A stretch of 64,000 nt of DNA from Flavobacteriales bacterium (GCA_038234075.1 JBBSUV010000001.1:6070-70069), one strand, 5' to 3'. Shown: positions 1-9,936, counted from the stretch's first letter. A program made the numbers and translations. The notes: a model not told the origin generated them from the letters alone.

Positions 1-1247
1 CGCAACGTATTGGCCAACGGGCTGCGCTGGGTGTTGGCGATGAGGTAGCTGAAGTCCAGTGAGAAGATGCTGTACTTCACGCCCAGTCCCATGGTGAAAT
101 ACTTGCGGTTGCCCTTTGTGGCGGCTTCCCAGAAGTAGCCCGTGCGGAAGGCGAACTGCTTGGCATACCAGTATTCCAAGCCGCCGCCGTAGTAGATCTC
201 GCGCAGTTCCTCCTTCAGCTTGCTGCCGGACTCCACATGCTGCACACCATCTTGGTCCACATATACATTGCCGGGCGCGTCGCTGAATGAACCGAAGATG
301 CCTGCGGCAATGCCCCTGTTGGGGTCCTCACCACTGAACACCACATAATTGCCTTGGTCATCCACCACGTTCACCGGTGCGCCATTAGCGTCCGGTTCGG
401 TCTTGTACACCGGTGGGGTGGGTACCAGCAGCTTGTTGATGTCTGCGTTGAAAGTGATGGTATTGAATGCGTCGATGTTGAATGTGAGCGCCGGTCCAAA
501 GCGGAGGTTCATCGGCAGAAAGTCCGTCCGGGAGGTCTCGCTATAGGACATCTTGTTGCCGATATTGGAGATGTCCAGTCCGAATGCGAAGGTGGCGTCC
601 TTCTTGGCAATGACCATCCGGTCGTTCCGGTAGAAGAAGGAAACGTCCGCTGCCACGGCCTGACCGGCCTTGGTGTTCGCCCCGCTGACGTTCAGCCCTC
701 CGGTGAGGTTGCTATTGATATAACGCAGGCTTATCCCTCCGGCGAACTTATCGCTGAACTGCTGTGCGAAGGAGACATCCACTGCGAATTCAGCAGGCTT
801 GAAATCGCGGATGACACTTCCATTGATGTCCGTGAAAGTGATGCTGCCGAGATTGAAATAGCGCAACGAACCGCCCAATGCACTGCGCTTGTTCAGCTTT
901 TTGTAGCCTGAGAGATAGGCCAAGCTCATGTCCGGCACGAGGTTCCGTAGCCATGGCGAGACGGAAATGCGGAATTCACCCTCGTTCTCGGCAAAGGCCA
1001 ATTTGCTGGGGTTCCAGTGCAGCGCGTTCGCGTCGGGTGGCAATGCCACTCCGGCATCGCCCATGCCTCCGGAACGGGAATCCGGGCCGATCATCAGGAA
1101 AGGCACCGCCGTGGTGATGGTATTGAGGCGGGGGCCGCATCCTTGGCCAGTGAGCTCGCTGATGCAGCCCGCACTCACCTGGGCACTGAGGGTGGCGCAG
1201 GCCACAAGGGCACAGAAGGAGGCTGCATATCGGAATACGAGATTCAT
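1..1247 (-). CDS. porV: T9SS outer-membrane protein PorV (LptO family); 5' portion only, the C-terminal part runs off the window start
   Basis: Minus-strand frame is open from the ATG at 1245-1247 to position 1. The protein begins MNLVFRYAASFCALVACATLSAQ (signal peptide) and is beta-barrel-like with GMGDAGVALPPDANALHWNPSKLAF. It lies immediately downstream of porU, the conserved porU-porV arrangement. It is absent from the ORF track only because no stop falls in the window. Confidence 0.75.
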   Translation of the reverse strand, partial: MNLVFRYAASFCALVACATLSAQVSAGCISELTGQGCGPRLNTITTAVPFLMIGPDSRSGGMGDAGVALPPDANALHWNPSKLAFAENEGEFRISVSPWLRNLVPDMSLAYLSGYKKLNKRSALGGSLRYFNLGSITFTDINGSVIRDFKPAEFAVDVSFAQQFSDKFAGGISLRYINSNLTGGLNVSGANTKAGQAVAADVSFFYRNDRMVIAKKDATFAFGLDISNIGNKMSYSETSRTDFLPMNLRFGPALTFNIDAFNTITFNADINKLLVPTPPVYKTEPDANGAPVNVVDDQGNYVVFSGEDPNRGIAAGIFGSFSDAPGNVYVDQDGVQHVESGSKLKEELREIYYGGGLEYWYAKQFAFRTGYFWEAATKGNRKYFTMGLGVKYSIFSLDFSYLIANTQRSPLANTL

Positions 1248-1317
1248 AGGCTGGGTCGTTCGGGGAAAAGGGCGGCAAATATACGCGGGTTGCCGGGGGT
1301 TATTGTGCGGAGCGAGG

Positions 1318-1440
1318 TGGGTTACGGGTTAGCGTTGGCTGGATACGGGTTACGGGTTACGGGTACGGGTACGGGTACGGGTACGGGTTACGGGTTACGG
1401 GTTACGGTTACGGGTACGGGTACGGGTTACGGGTTACGGG
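1318..1440. repeat. Tandem array of about 18 units of GGGTTAC/GGGTAC (G3N3-4) in the porU-porV intergenic spacer
   Basis: Read directly: gggttacgggttacgggtacgggtacgggtacgggtacgggttacgggttacgggttacggttacgggtacgggtacgggttacgggttacgggtt. Confidence 0.95.
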
Positions 1441-1485
1441 TTGATCCCCGTTCATCATTCTACATTTTACGATCCCACATCTCTC

Positions 1486-4400
1486 TTAGCGCAGGATCAC
1501 AAGCTTCTCGATCTTGTCGGCCTTTTCCCCTGTGGGCGTGGTGATGCTCAGTCGGTAGACGTATACGCCGCGACCGATCTTGTCGCCGCTGTCATCCAGC
1601 CCGTCCCAAGCCAGCGGTTCGCTGCGGAAACCATCGCAGTCCAAACGGCGGTTGAGCGTCTTTACCAAGCGGCCGGCGACGGTGAAGACCTGCACCTGGC
1701 AGTCCAGGTTCGTACACGGCCTGTTGTGTTCGAAATAGAACTCGGTGTGGGTGGTGAACGGATTGGGATAGTTAAGCACGTGGGCCAAGGCCAGTTCCGC
1801 TGATGGGGCCACCACGAACTCGGTGCTCTTCTGGCTGCTGTTATTGTAAACGTCCCACGCCTTGAGGTCCAGTGTGTGGTTGCCTTCCGGCAGATCGCTC
1901 AACTTGTAGCGTACCTGTCCGCTCTTGTAGGTGTCCTTGTCCGCTTCATACCAATCGTTCAGCACGATGGTGTTCTGCGTGTTGGCGTCCAAGGTGGCGA
2001 TCAGGTCATGGCCGATGCTGCTGCCCAAGGTGTTGATGCCGCTCTGGTCGAACAGCTTCGCGTAAAGCAACGGGGTCTCGTTGGTGATGCCACCGGGTAC
2101 GAAGCTCTCATCGTTCATATAGATCTGGATGTCCGGACCAGCGGCGTCCGCAACGGCTGTATTGTCGGTACCGCCCACCAAGGGGTCATTGGTATAGCCG
2201 CAGGCATTGGTCGTGAGTCCTTCACAATAGACGGACACCCGCCCTGAATCCACGCGGTAGTCGATATCCTTGGGGACAACGAAGGTGAAGTTGAACTGAC
2301 CATTGGTGACCGTGGCGCGGCCCCGGTAGATGATGTTCTTACGCACCTTGAAGAGGAAAGGCGATGCGTTGAGGCCGGGGTCGTTCACCAGCGTGGCGAC
2401 AGCGGTCTTCTTATCGTACATCGTCGGCACCACAGTGCCATTGAAATCAGTGAGCACTTGGCCATCCTGGTTGTTCACCGTGCCGCTGATCCGCACCGTG
2501 GAAAGCGCCTTGATGGTATCCATGGGGTTGCCCAAGGTATCGGTGATGGAGGTGATGATGGCCTTGTTGCGCGCCATGGCCAACCGCATGGAAGGGTCTC
2601 CCAACAGGGTGAAATTCCGGTGGTTCGGAGTGCCCAGATTCCCTGCCGGCGTCGCGTCCACCTTGGAGCGTCGGTAGATATCGCCCAGCCGTTGGTCCCG
2701 GCCCTGCTCGTCCGTAGGCTTGAACACGTAGTCATAAAAGTCGTTCGAGATCATCTGATTCTGGCTGCTGTATGCCAACCGGGTCGTGGTCATAAGGCCG
2801 ATCCCACCGCCGTTGGGGTTCAGGAATACATTTTCTCCTGCTGAAGTGCGGACAGGATCATCCCATCTGCTGAACTCACAGGTTGCGGTCATGAACAAGG
2901 GCAAGCGGTCGAAGTTGGTCCAGTCCAAGATGGTCGCATTGTCCAAAAAGCGCTCATGTGCCCAGCCCACTTCACCGCCGTGGCCCACGTAGTTCACCAG
3001 CAGCGTACCCTTCTGCACCCGATCGCGCAACTCCTTGTTCGCGTCGGGATAGCGTTGCCCGCCCGGTGTGGTGTACTGCACATAGGCGTCCAGATAGATC
3101 TTGTTGATGTTCAGGCAGGGTGACTCCGCCTCCACCCGCTTGGCAAGCAGGTCGCTGTTATTCATGTGTACCTGTCCTTCAAAGCTTGCCCCGCTCTGGT
3201 CATCCGCACAGAACAGTACCGAGTTACGCCAGTCGGCGGCACCGCCATCCCCTCCGGTCGTGCAGTTGGAGACTCCTACGCTGGATAGGTTCAGCTTGTC
3301 GTAGTTCAACAGTTTGTTCACCGCCGTACGGGCCTGGTCCAGGTTGCTCACCGGCAGCCTGCCAACGCCCATGTCGATCAGGTCGTTCTGCTCGTCGCCG
3401 TCAGCGTCGGCCAGGATCACGAAGTAGTCGTCCGTGGTGTATGACTTGTTCAACGACCAGGAATCATAGCTCTGATAGGTGGGGATCAGGTTCTGGTTGT
3501 TCGGGCTCAGCGAGAGGTTGTTGTATGAGCCGTCGCCGAAGAGCAACAGGTATCGGGAAAGCATGGTGCTATCCGGGGCCCGATCATAGAGCATCTTCAT
3601 GTACCGCTTGATGGCGGTGGCGTCCCGTTGTCCGGAAGAGAATTCGTTGAACACCTGCTGCGGCGTCACGACCACCACGGAGAGGCCTTCCTCAACTCGG
3701 CGCTGGGCCAAGCGGCCCGCCTCTCCCAGGAACTGGGGGGGGCACACGATCACCAGATCCGTCGGGATCGAGGTGGCATGAAGGTCTTGCGCAGCCACCC
3801 TACCGATGGCCACAGGCTGCAACAGGCCGCTTTCCTTGAAGGCGATGAACTCGCGAAGACTGTCCGTGGCCACCATGAAGCTCTTCTGTCCGCCATTCGC
3901 CGTGGTCTGCACCTCCCGCACGTCAGTGGGTCCGCTCACCTCCCAGATGTGCTGCACGGCCGTGGACTGTTCCAATGTGAAATTCGCGATGCGGCCCGGC
4001 CCCACCGAGTTCAGATCCCGGAAGGCCAACTGATCACCGGTCATCCGCAACTCGCGCCGTGCGTTCACCTCGATGTAGTCCATGTAACCGATCGAAGTGA
4101 TCGGGTCATACTTGTTATAGGTGACGGACAACGGCAGGCTGTTGCCGGACGCGGTCACACCCCACAAGGTGCTCACATAGCTTCCATAAGGGGAGGTCTC
4201 GCTGGTGCCCACCGAAGGAACATTGATATTGCGCGTGGTGCCTCCTGCCTGCACATTGAACGAGCTCGGCCCGCCGATGGACCGCCCCAGCAAATTCACT
4301 TTCAGCCACGTGGTGTCCGCCGAGCGGAGATTGGGCATGGAGAAATTATAATTGTACGTGGTCACCTGATCATAGATCTCGCTGAACATGATGCGGCCGG

Positions 4401-5418
4401 ACTTGATCAGGTTCACCCCGTCATTGTCGACCGCTTGCCGATCATTGAATGCTGTGACCTGGTCCGTGGCGGGGCCATTGCTCTGTATCGCGTTCGCGAC
4501 CCTTGCAGGCACGTCCGTGCCGATGCCGATGAAATAGCTGGCCGAGTCGGAATACATATTCTTCACATGGTTGAAAAGCCGGCCATCACTGCTCCGGTCC
4601 CAGCGCGTGGCCCCCGAGGCATACAAGAGGATGCGGTCCCCCGGGCCGAAGGTGCCGTCCCCGCCGTCCTCCACGCGGATCGCGTTGAGCAAAAGATCGG
4701 TGGGCAGATGGGGCAGGTTGCTGAAAGGAAGGAGTCCGGCATGGTTACCATACACATTGATGGCGTCGGATGAAAGGTTGCTTACGTCCACACCCAGTTG
4801 CTGGAGGAACTGGTAGGTCAGTTCATAGACACCCGTTGTCGGCACGGTGAACCGGTACCAATCACCACTGGCCAGCTTGGAATGGTCAGGATAAGTGTTG
4901 GCACGCTGGCCGCCACGTGGCGCATGGTCCTCTACAATGGAAAGGCGGTAGGATGCGAGCCTTTCGATCTGGCCTGTAGCGGAATTGCGGCGGTACGGTT
5001 CGATGTCCACCAAAGCGTTGGGGCGTTTACGTGAGCTGCGAAGGGCGGTATGCAGCACCGGCTCTGCGCCGGGCTGGCCCAGTCCTGGCAATGCGGCCAC
5101 TTCCGCGGAGGTCATCGTCTTCCATTCCGCATCGGTCAAGTACGCGCTGAAGCTTGTGGTCCCCATTGAAAGGACCCTGCGCTCGTGGATCAGGGGCAGG
5201 TCGCTCCGTTCTCCATCAAAGATCGCCTTGTCCCACCACGCCGGAAGAGCGGGGGCTGCTATGCCGGCCGGGGCAGTCAACGTCCTCGTCGGGATGCCGG
5301 GCGCCGTTACCGGAGCCTTTATCCGGGAGCCTGCTTGTTGGGCAGAAGCACCTACGGAGACTAAGAGAAGGAGGGGTCCAATGAGAGCGCGCATACAGGG
5401 AGGATCGACAGTTTTCAA
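1486..5418 (-). CDS. porU: Type IX secretion system sortase PorU (peptidase C25/gingipain-like, T9SS C-terminal domain)
   Basis: 1310-aa ORF. A signal peptide follows the second Met (MRALIGPLLLLVSVGASAQQ), so an alternative start is 5394. Gingipain-like catalytic region (NYVGHGGEVGWAHERF ... MTATCEFSRWDDP). Its C-terminus (LNYPNPFT...GRGVYVYRL) is a T9SS-type CTD. Length and neighbourhood (porV downstream, gldJ nearby) match PorU. Confidence 0.75.
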   Translation of the reverse strand: MKTVDPPCMRALIGPLLLLVSVGASAQQAGSRIKAPVTAPGIPTRTLTAPAGIAAPALPAWWDKAIFDGERSDLPLIHERRVLSMGTTSFSAYLTDAEWKTMTSAEVAALPGLGQPGAEPVLHTALRSSRKRPNALVDIEPYRRNSATGQIERLASYRLSIVEDHAPRGGQRANTYPDHSKLASGDWYRFTVPTTGVYELTYQFLQQLGVDVSNLSSDAINVYGNHAGLLPFSNLPHLPTDLLLNAIRVEDGGDGTFGPGDRILLYASGATRWDRSSDGRLFNHVKNMYSDSASYFIGIGTDVPARVANAIQSNGPATDQVTAFNDRQAVDNDGVNLIKSGRIMFSEIYDQVTTYNYNFSMPNLRSADTTWLKVNLLGRSIGGPSSFNVQAGGTTRNINVPSVGTSETSPYGSYVSTLWGVTASGNSLPLSVTYNKYDPITSIGYMDYIEVNARRELRMTGDQLAFRDLNSVGPGRIANFTLEQSTAVQHIWEVSGPTDVREVQTTANGGQKSFMVATDSLREFIAFKESGLLQPVAIGRVAAQDLHATSIPTDLVIVCPPQFLGEAGRLAQRRVEEGLSVVVVTPQQVFNEFSSGQRDATAIKRYMKMLYDRAPDSTMLSRYLLLFGDGSYNNLSLSPNNQNLIPTYQSYDSWSLNKSYTTDDYFVILADADGDEQNDLIDMGVGRLPVSNLDQARTAVNKLLNYDKLNLSSVGVSNCTTGGDGGAADWRNSVLFCADDQSGASFEGQVHMNNSDLLAKRVEAESPCLNINKIYLDAYVQYTTPGGQRYPDANKELRDRVQKGTLLVNYVGHGGEVGWAHERFLDNATILDWTNFDRLPLFMTATCEFSRWDDPVRTSAGENVFLNPNGGGIGLMTTTRLAYSSQNQMISNDFYDYVFKPTDEQGRDQRLGDIYRRSKVDATPAGNLGTPNHRNFTLLGDPSMRLAMARNKAIITSITDTLGNPMDTIKALSTVRISGTVNNQDGQVLTDFNGTVVPTMYDKKTAVATLVNDPGLNASPFLFKVRKNIIYRGRATVTNGQFNFTFVVPKDIDYRVDSGRVSVYCEGLTTNACGYTNDPLVGGTDNTAVADAAGPDIQIYMNDESFVPGGITNETPLLYAKLFDQSGINTLGSSIGHDLIATLDANTQNTIVLNDWYEADKDTYKSGQVRYKLSDLPEGNHTLDLKAWDVYNNSSQKSTEFVVAPSAELALAHVLNYPNPFTTHTEFYFEHNRPCTNLDCQVQVFTVAGRLVKTLNRRLDCDGFRSEPLAWDGLDDSGDKIGRGVYVYRLSITTPTGEKADKIEKLVILR

Positions 5419-5571
5419 CAGGATCGGAGCGAAAGTATAACTTCGGCCCGCCTCGTCGGGAACATCCCGTGAACGACCTTCACGCGTTCTTATTGCGGGG
5501 ACAATAACAACGAAGTCCGACGCGCTTACGTATACTTGGCGGTCTTAAAAGGCATAGAACGATCGTGTAGC

Positions 5572-6549
5572 ATGAGAATATGGACCGGCAGAAGTGTCGC
5601 CCTCGGGCTAGCACTGAGTCTCTTCGGGGCCTTGGCCGCGCTTGCGCAGGACCCCCAGTTCACGCAGTTCTATGCGAATCCCCTGTACTTGAACCCAGCG
5701 TTCGCGGGCACAGCCCGTTGCCCAAGGGTGACATTGAATTACAGGAACCAATGGCCGGCGCTCAGCGGCACATTCGTCACCACAAGCGCCAGCTATGACC
5801 AGGACGTGCGTGGTATCATGGGCGGCCTGGGCATCTTGGTGACCAGTGACCAAGCCGGCAAGGGCACCTTGAACACCACCACCGTCAGCGGCATCTATTC
5901 CTATACACAGGCCATCAGCCGCAAATTTTCCATCAAGGCTGGATTCCAAGCGACCTACTTCCAGAAGTCGTTGGATTGGAACAAGCTTACCTTCGGCGAC
6001 CAGATCGACCCGCGTCGCGGCTTCATCTATGCCACCAACGACGTGCCCCGGGGCGGCAGTGTCGGCAACGCTGACTTCTCTGCCGGGTTCCTCGGCTATA
6101 CGGATGTATTCTTCGTGGGTATCGCCGCCCATCACCTTACGGAACCCAACGAGTCGCTTATCGTAGGAACGAGCAAGATGCCGATGAAGATCACCGCACA
6201 TGCGGGCGCTGCCATTCCGCTGGGCGTAAAGGGAAAGTACGGTGCGGCCAAGACCAGGCTTTCGCCGAGCATACTATACCAGCAACAAGCCGCGTTCCGT
6301 CAATTGAACTTGGGCATGTATGTGGACCATGGCCCGATCATGGCCGGTGTATGGTATCGCTCACGCGACGCTTTCATCGCCCTTATCGGCTTCCACACCG
6401 ATCATCTCAAATTCGGATACAGTTACGACGTTACCACGAGCAAGCTTACCACCGCCACAGCAGGCTCGCATGAGATCAGCCTGACCCTGCAATTCGACTG
6501 CAAGAAGAAACGCCGCCGGGTACGCACAGTGCCCTGCCCCACGTTCTAA
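5572..6549 (+). CDS. PorP/SprF-family type IX secretion system membrane protein
   Basis: The ORF track starts at 5536; the likely start is 5572 (MRIWTGRSVALGLALSLFGALAALAQ signal peptide). The hallmark N-terminal motif DPQFTQFYANPLYLNPAFAG of the PorP/SprF family is present. About 325 aa, beta-barrel-like. Confidence 0.8.
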   Translation: MRIWTGRSVALGLALSLFGALAALAQDPQFTQFYANPLYLNPAFAGTARCPRVTLNYRNQWPALSGTFVTTSASYDQDVRGIMGGLGILVTSDQAGKGTLNTTTVSGIYSYTQAISRKFSIKAGFQATYFQKSLDWNKLTFGDQIDPRRGFIYATNDVPRGGSVGNADFSAGFLGYTDVFFVGIAAHHLTEPNESLIVGTSKMPMKITAHAGAAIPLGVKGKYGAAKTRLSPSILYQQQAAFRQLNLGMYVDHGPIMAGVWYRSRDAFIALIGFHTDHLKFGYSYDVTTSKLTTATAGSHEISLTLQFDCKKKRRRVRTVPCPTF

Positions 6550-6566
6550 GCCGAGGAACCGAACAC

Positions 6567-8330
6567 ATGAAGACCATGAACCTGTCACGGAACATAGGCC
6601 TGCTCGCCTGCGCCGCCACGCTGCTCAGCAGCTGCCGGTTCGAACAGAGCACCGCCACGGGCTGGAATTACAACGACTCGAAGAACGGCGGCTTTGAAAA
6701 GGCCCCATTCGAGGACCAGGAGACCGGCCCCGGCCTGGTACTGGTGGAAGGCGGTCAATTCACCATGGGCCGCGTGGTGGATGACCTCACCCACGATTGG
6801 AACAACATTCCACGCACCGTCACCGTCTCTTCCTTCTATATAGATGAGACCGAAGTGACCAACCTGGACTGGTGCGAATACCTCTACTGGTTGAGCCGCG
6901 TGTATGGGGCCGACTATCCGGAGATCTACAAGAAGGCCCTGCCGGACACCTTGGTGTGGCGCAGCAAACTCGCCTTCATGGAGCCGAAGGTGGAATACTA
7001 CCTGCGACACCCCGCTTACCGCGATTACCCGGTGGTGGGCGTGAACTGGCTGCAGGCGAATGACTATTGCGCTTGGCGCGGGGACCGCGTGAACGAAGCG
7101 ATCCTGATCCGCGAAGGCCTCTTCGAGCACTACCCCAACCAGATCAACGAGGACCACTTCACCACCGACAGTTACTTGGCCGGCCAATACGAGAGCGGCA
7201 AGAAAGTGGACGGCGTGCAGGATTTCAACCCCAACGTCGACACACGGAACATCCGGATGGAGGACGGCATCGTGCTTCCCCGCTACCGGCTGCCGACCGA
7301 GGCCGAATGGGAATTCGCGGCTTATGGCCTAGTGGGCAACACCGTGGATGAGCGCATCGTGGAACGTCGCGTGTATCCATGGAATGGTCACTTCGTGCGA
7401 TACGACAACCGCAAGAAAGGCGGCGCGTTCTTCGGCGATTTCCGCGGGAACTTCATGCGCGGCCGGGGTGACTACATGGGCGTATCGGGCAGCCTCAACG
7501 ACAATGCGGACATCACCGCGCCTGTCTTCAGCTACTGGCCGAACGACTATGGCCTCTACAACATGGCCGGCAACGTGAGCGAATGGACCATGGATGTGTA
7601 CCGCCCCTTGAGCTTTGAGGACGAAGGCGGCCTGCAGCCTTTCCGCGGCAACGTGTTCAAGACCAAAGTGCTCAACAGCGATGGTGCCATCGCCGACAAG
7701 TATGACAAGGTGATCTACGACATCGACGGCGTGAAATACTGGCTCACCGAGTTCCAGACCAAGATGCAGGGACGTGCTTCCGAGGAGGAGGCCAAACTGA
7801 TCGACGACCTGATGGTGAAGATCGAACAAGCGGTGGAACTCAACAACCAGCGCAAATTCGACCCGGCCAACCAGCTCGTGCAGGACATGGTGGACATGAT
7901 CAAGGCACAGGACCTGGAGATCTGCCCCAAACTACTTGCCGGCCTCAGCGAATACCAGGATAGCCAGCCTGGTGAACTGAAGCAGCGCAATGTGACGGTG
8001 GAGGAGAACATCGACCGCCGCAACTACCGCAAGTCGGACAACATCAACTACGTGGATGGTGACCTGGAGAGCAGCATCTACTACGATGATGCGGAGCAAA
8101 CCGGTAACGCCATGTACGACTGGGGCAAGACCACGCTGATCAACGACCACTCACGCGTGTACAAAGGTGCCAGCTGGGCGGACCGTATCTACTGGGCCAA
8201 CCCCGGCACACGCCGCTTCCTCGATGAGCGCCAAAGCACCGCCACACTCGGCTTCCGCTGTGCTATGACACGTGTTGGCAGCCCGGTGGGCTTAGGTGAT
8301 GACAAGCGCCGCGGCAAACTGAAGAAGTAG
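6567..8330 (+). CDS. gldJ: Gliding motility lipoprotein GldJ (SUMF1/formylglycine-generating-enzyme-like domain)
   Basis: 587 aa with a lipoprotein signal (LLACAATLLSSC). FGE-sulfatase-like regions (VSSFYIDETEVTNLDWCEYLYWL; YPVVGVNWLQANDYCAW). The size fits GldJ rather than the shorter GldK, and no gldLMN follows. Adjacent to porU/porV and murF. Confidence 0.75.
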   Translation: MKTMNLSRNIGLLACAATLLSSCRFEQSTATGWNYNDSKNGGFEKAPFEDQETGPGLVLVEGGQFTMGRVVDDLTHDWNNIPRTVTVSSFYIDETEVTNLDWCEYLYWLSRVYGADYPEIYKKALPDTLVWRSKLAFMEPKVEYYLRHPAYRDYPVVGVNWLQANDYCAWRGDRVNEAILIREGLFEHYPNQINEDHFTTDSYLAGQYESGKKVDGVQDFNPNVDTRNIRMEDGIVLPRYRLPTEAEWEFAAYGLVGNTVDERIVERRVYPWNGHFVRYDNRKKGGAFFGDFRGNFMRGRGDYMGVSGSLNDNADITAPVFSYWPNDYGLYNMAGNVSEWTMDVYRPLSFEDEGGLQPFRGNVFKTKVLNSDGAIADKYDKVIYDIDGVKYWLTEFQTKMQGRASEEEAKLIDDLMVKIEQAVELNNQRKFDPANQLVQDMVDMIKAQDLEICPKLLAGLSEYQDSQPGELKQRNVTVEENIDRRNYRKSDNINYVDGDLESSIYYDDAEQTGNAMYDWGKTTLINDHSRVYKGASWADRIYWANPGTRRFLDERQSTATLGFRCAMTRVGSPVGLGDDKRRGKLKK

Positions 8331-8351
8331 TTTTTTGACCGAACTCCGAAA

Positions 8352-8389
8352 GGCCCCGCAGCTTGAAAGCTGGCGGGGCCTTTTCTTTG
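8352..8389 (+). terminator. Rho-independent terminator after gldJ
   Basis: aggccccgcagc-ttgaaa-gctggcggggcc hairpin followed by ttttctttg. Confidence 0.7.
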
Positions 8390-8432
8390 TTGCCAGTTCT
8401 CCGTTGTCAGTTGTTCGTTGTCGGTTGTCAGG
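8387..8432. repeat. Tandem heptamers TTGTCAG/TTGTTCG/TTGTCGG (about 5 copies)
   Basis: Read directly: ttgttgccagttctccgttgtcagttgttcgttgtcggttgtcagg. Confidence 0.8.
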
Positions 8433-8551
8433 CTACCCCGGACTTGGCCCGATGCATATCGGGCGGGGGCTTTGCTGCGCAGAACACCGAACACTCCAAT
8501 GGTAATTCTCTGCGTCCCAGCGTCACTGCGACCAACCGTCCCATCCTATCC

Positions 8552-9844
8552 ATGTCCGACCTCCTCACCCGCTTCCTCGCCTCCACCGGTGTTTGCACCG
8601 ATACCCGCAAGCTCCTTTCCGGTGGCATCTTCTTCGCCCTCAGCGGTCCGAATTTCAACGCCAACGCATTCGCTGCTAAAGCTTTGGACGGCGGCTGTTC
8701 CCATGCCGTGGTGGACGACCCTGCCGTAGCCGTGGACGAGCGCTATATCCTGGTGCCGGATGCGCTGAAAGCCTTGCAGGAACTCGCACGGGAGCACCGC
8801 CGGACATTGGATATCCCCGTTATCGCCATCACCGGCACCAACGGGAAGACCACTACCAAGGAACTGCTGCATGCTGTGTTGGAGGCTAACCGTTCAACGC
8901 TGGCCACGGAAGGCAACCTGAACAACCACATCGGTGTGCCCCTCACCCTGCTGAAGCTGAAGCCGGAGCACCGCATCGCCATCATAGAGATGGGCGCAAG
9001 CAAGCTTGGGGACATCGCTGAGCTCTCCGCCATCGCCGAGCCCACGCACGGAATGATCACCAATATCGGAAAAGCACATCTGGAGGGCTTTGGATCACTT
9101 GAGGGTGTGGTGCGCACCAAGACCGAGCTCTACAACTGGCTCCGCACCCACGGCGGACTCGCTTTCGTCAACGGCGACGACCCACTGCTGATGGCCGAAA
9201 GCGAAGGCCTGGACCGCGTGACCTACGGCGTAGGCCCCCAATGTGATGTGCGCGGTGCTTCGGAAGAGGGTGAAAGCCACTACCTCCACTTCATGTTCGA
9301 GGATGCGCAACGCGAAGGCCGCTGGCATGGGGAAACGCAGCTCGTCGGCAACTACAACCTGCACAATGCTCTCGCAGCCGTCTGTATCGGACGACACTTC
9401 AATGTGGACGACAATGACATCATCAACGCCATCGGTGAGTACATGCCTGCCAATAGCCGCTCCCAGCTGAAGGATACCGGCCGCAATGAGCTGGTACTGG
9501 ATGCATACAACGCCAACCCAACAAGCATGGCCGCGGCACTGGAGAATTTCAACGGCCTGCGCAGCATACGTAAAAAGCTTGTCATCCTCGGTGACATGCG
9601 GGAGCTCGGGGCGACGAGCTTGGCCGAGCACGAGGCCATCATCCACCTCGTGAGATCGCTCGGACTGGACGCGATCCTCGTTGGCGAAGAATTCATGAAG
9701 GCCGCACCGGAAGTCACCGTAAGCCGCTTCGCGAACGTGGCCGCCGCCGTGGAAACCTTGAAAGCCACAAAGCCCAAGGACCTGTTGATCCTCGTAAAAG
9801 GCTCAAGGGGCGTGAAGCTCGAAGAGGTGGTCGGGGTGCTGTGA
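8552..9844 (+). CDS. murF: UDP-N-acetylmuramoyl-tripeptide--D-alanyl-D-alanine ligase MurF
   Basis: Mur ligase motifs ITGTNGKTTTKELL and NHIGVPLTLL. The likely start is the ATG at 8552 (MSDLLTRF...); the ORF track start at 8363 is an upstream extension. Confidence 0.9.
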   Translation: MSDLLTRFLASTGVCTDTRKLLSGGIFFALSGPNFNANAFAAKALDGGCSHAVVDDPAVAVDERYILVPDALKALQELAREHRRTLDIPVIAITGTNGKTTTKELLHAVLEANRSTLATEGNLNNHIGVPLTLLKLKPEHRIAIIEMGASKLGDIAELSAIAEPTHGMITNIGKAHLEGFGSLEGVVRTKTELYNWLRTHGGLAFVNGDDPLLMAESEGLDRVTYGVGPQCDVRGASEEGESHYLHFMFEDAQREGRWHGETQLVGNYNLHNALAAVCIGRHFNVDDNDIINAIGEYMPANSRSQLKDTGRNELVLDAYNANPTSMAAALENFNGLRSIRKKLVILGDMRELGATSLAEHEAIIHLVRSLGLDAILVGEEFMKAAPEVTVSRFANVAAAVETLKATKPKDLLILVKGSRGVKLEEVVGVL

Positions 9845-9936
9845 GCGGATCATAGGATCCTTCTCCCCTCCTTTCTGAAAAAGGAGGGGGTCCGATATGC
9901 ATCGGACGGGGTGGTCCGCTCAAGCGACCGGCCTGA

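Noticed and set aside
3628-4773. 381-aa plus-strand ORF, and many other 60-160-aa ORFs, inside porU
   Set aside because: They lie antisense to a well-supported 1310-aa minus-strand gene. They are Arg/Gly/His-rich, a high-GC shadow-ORF composition, with no recognisable domains.
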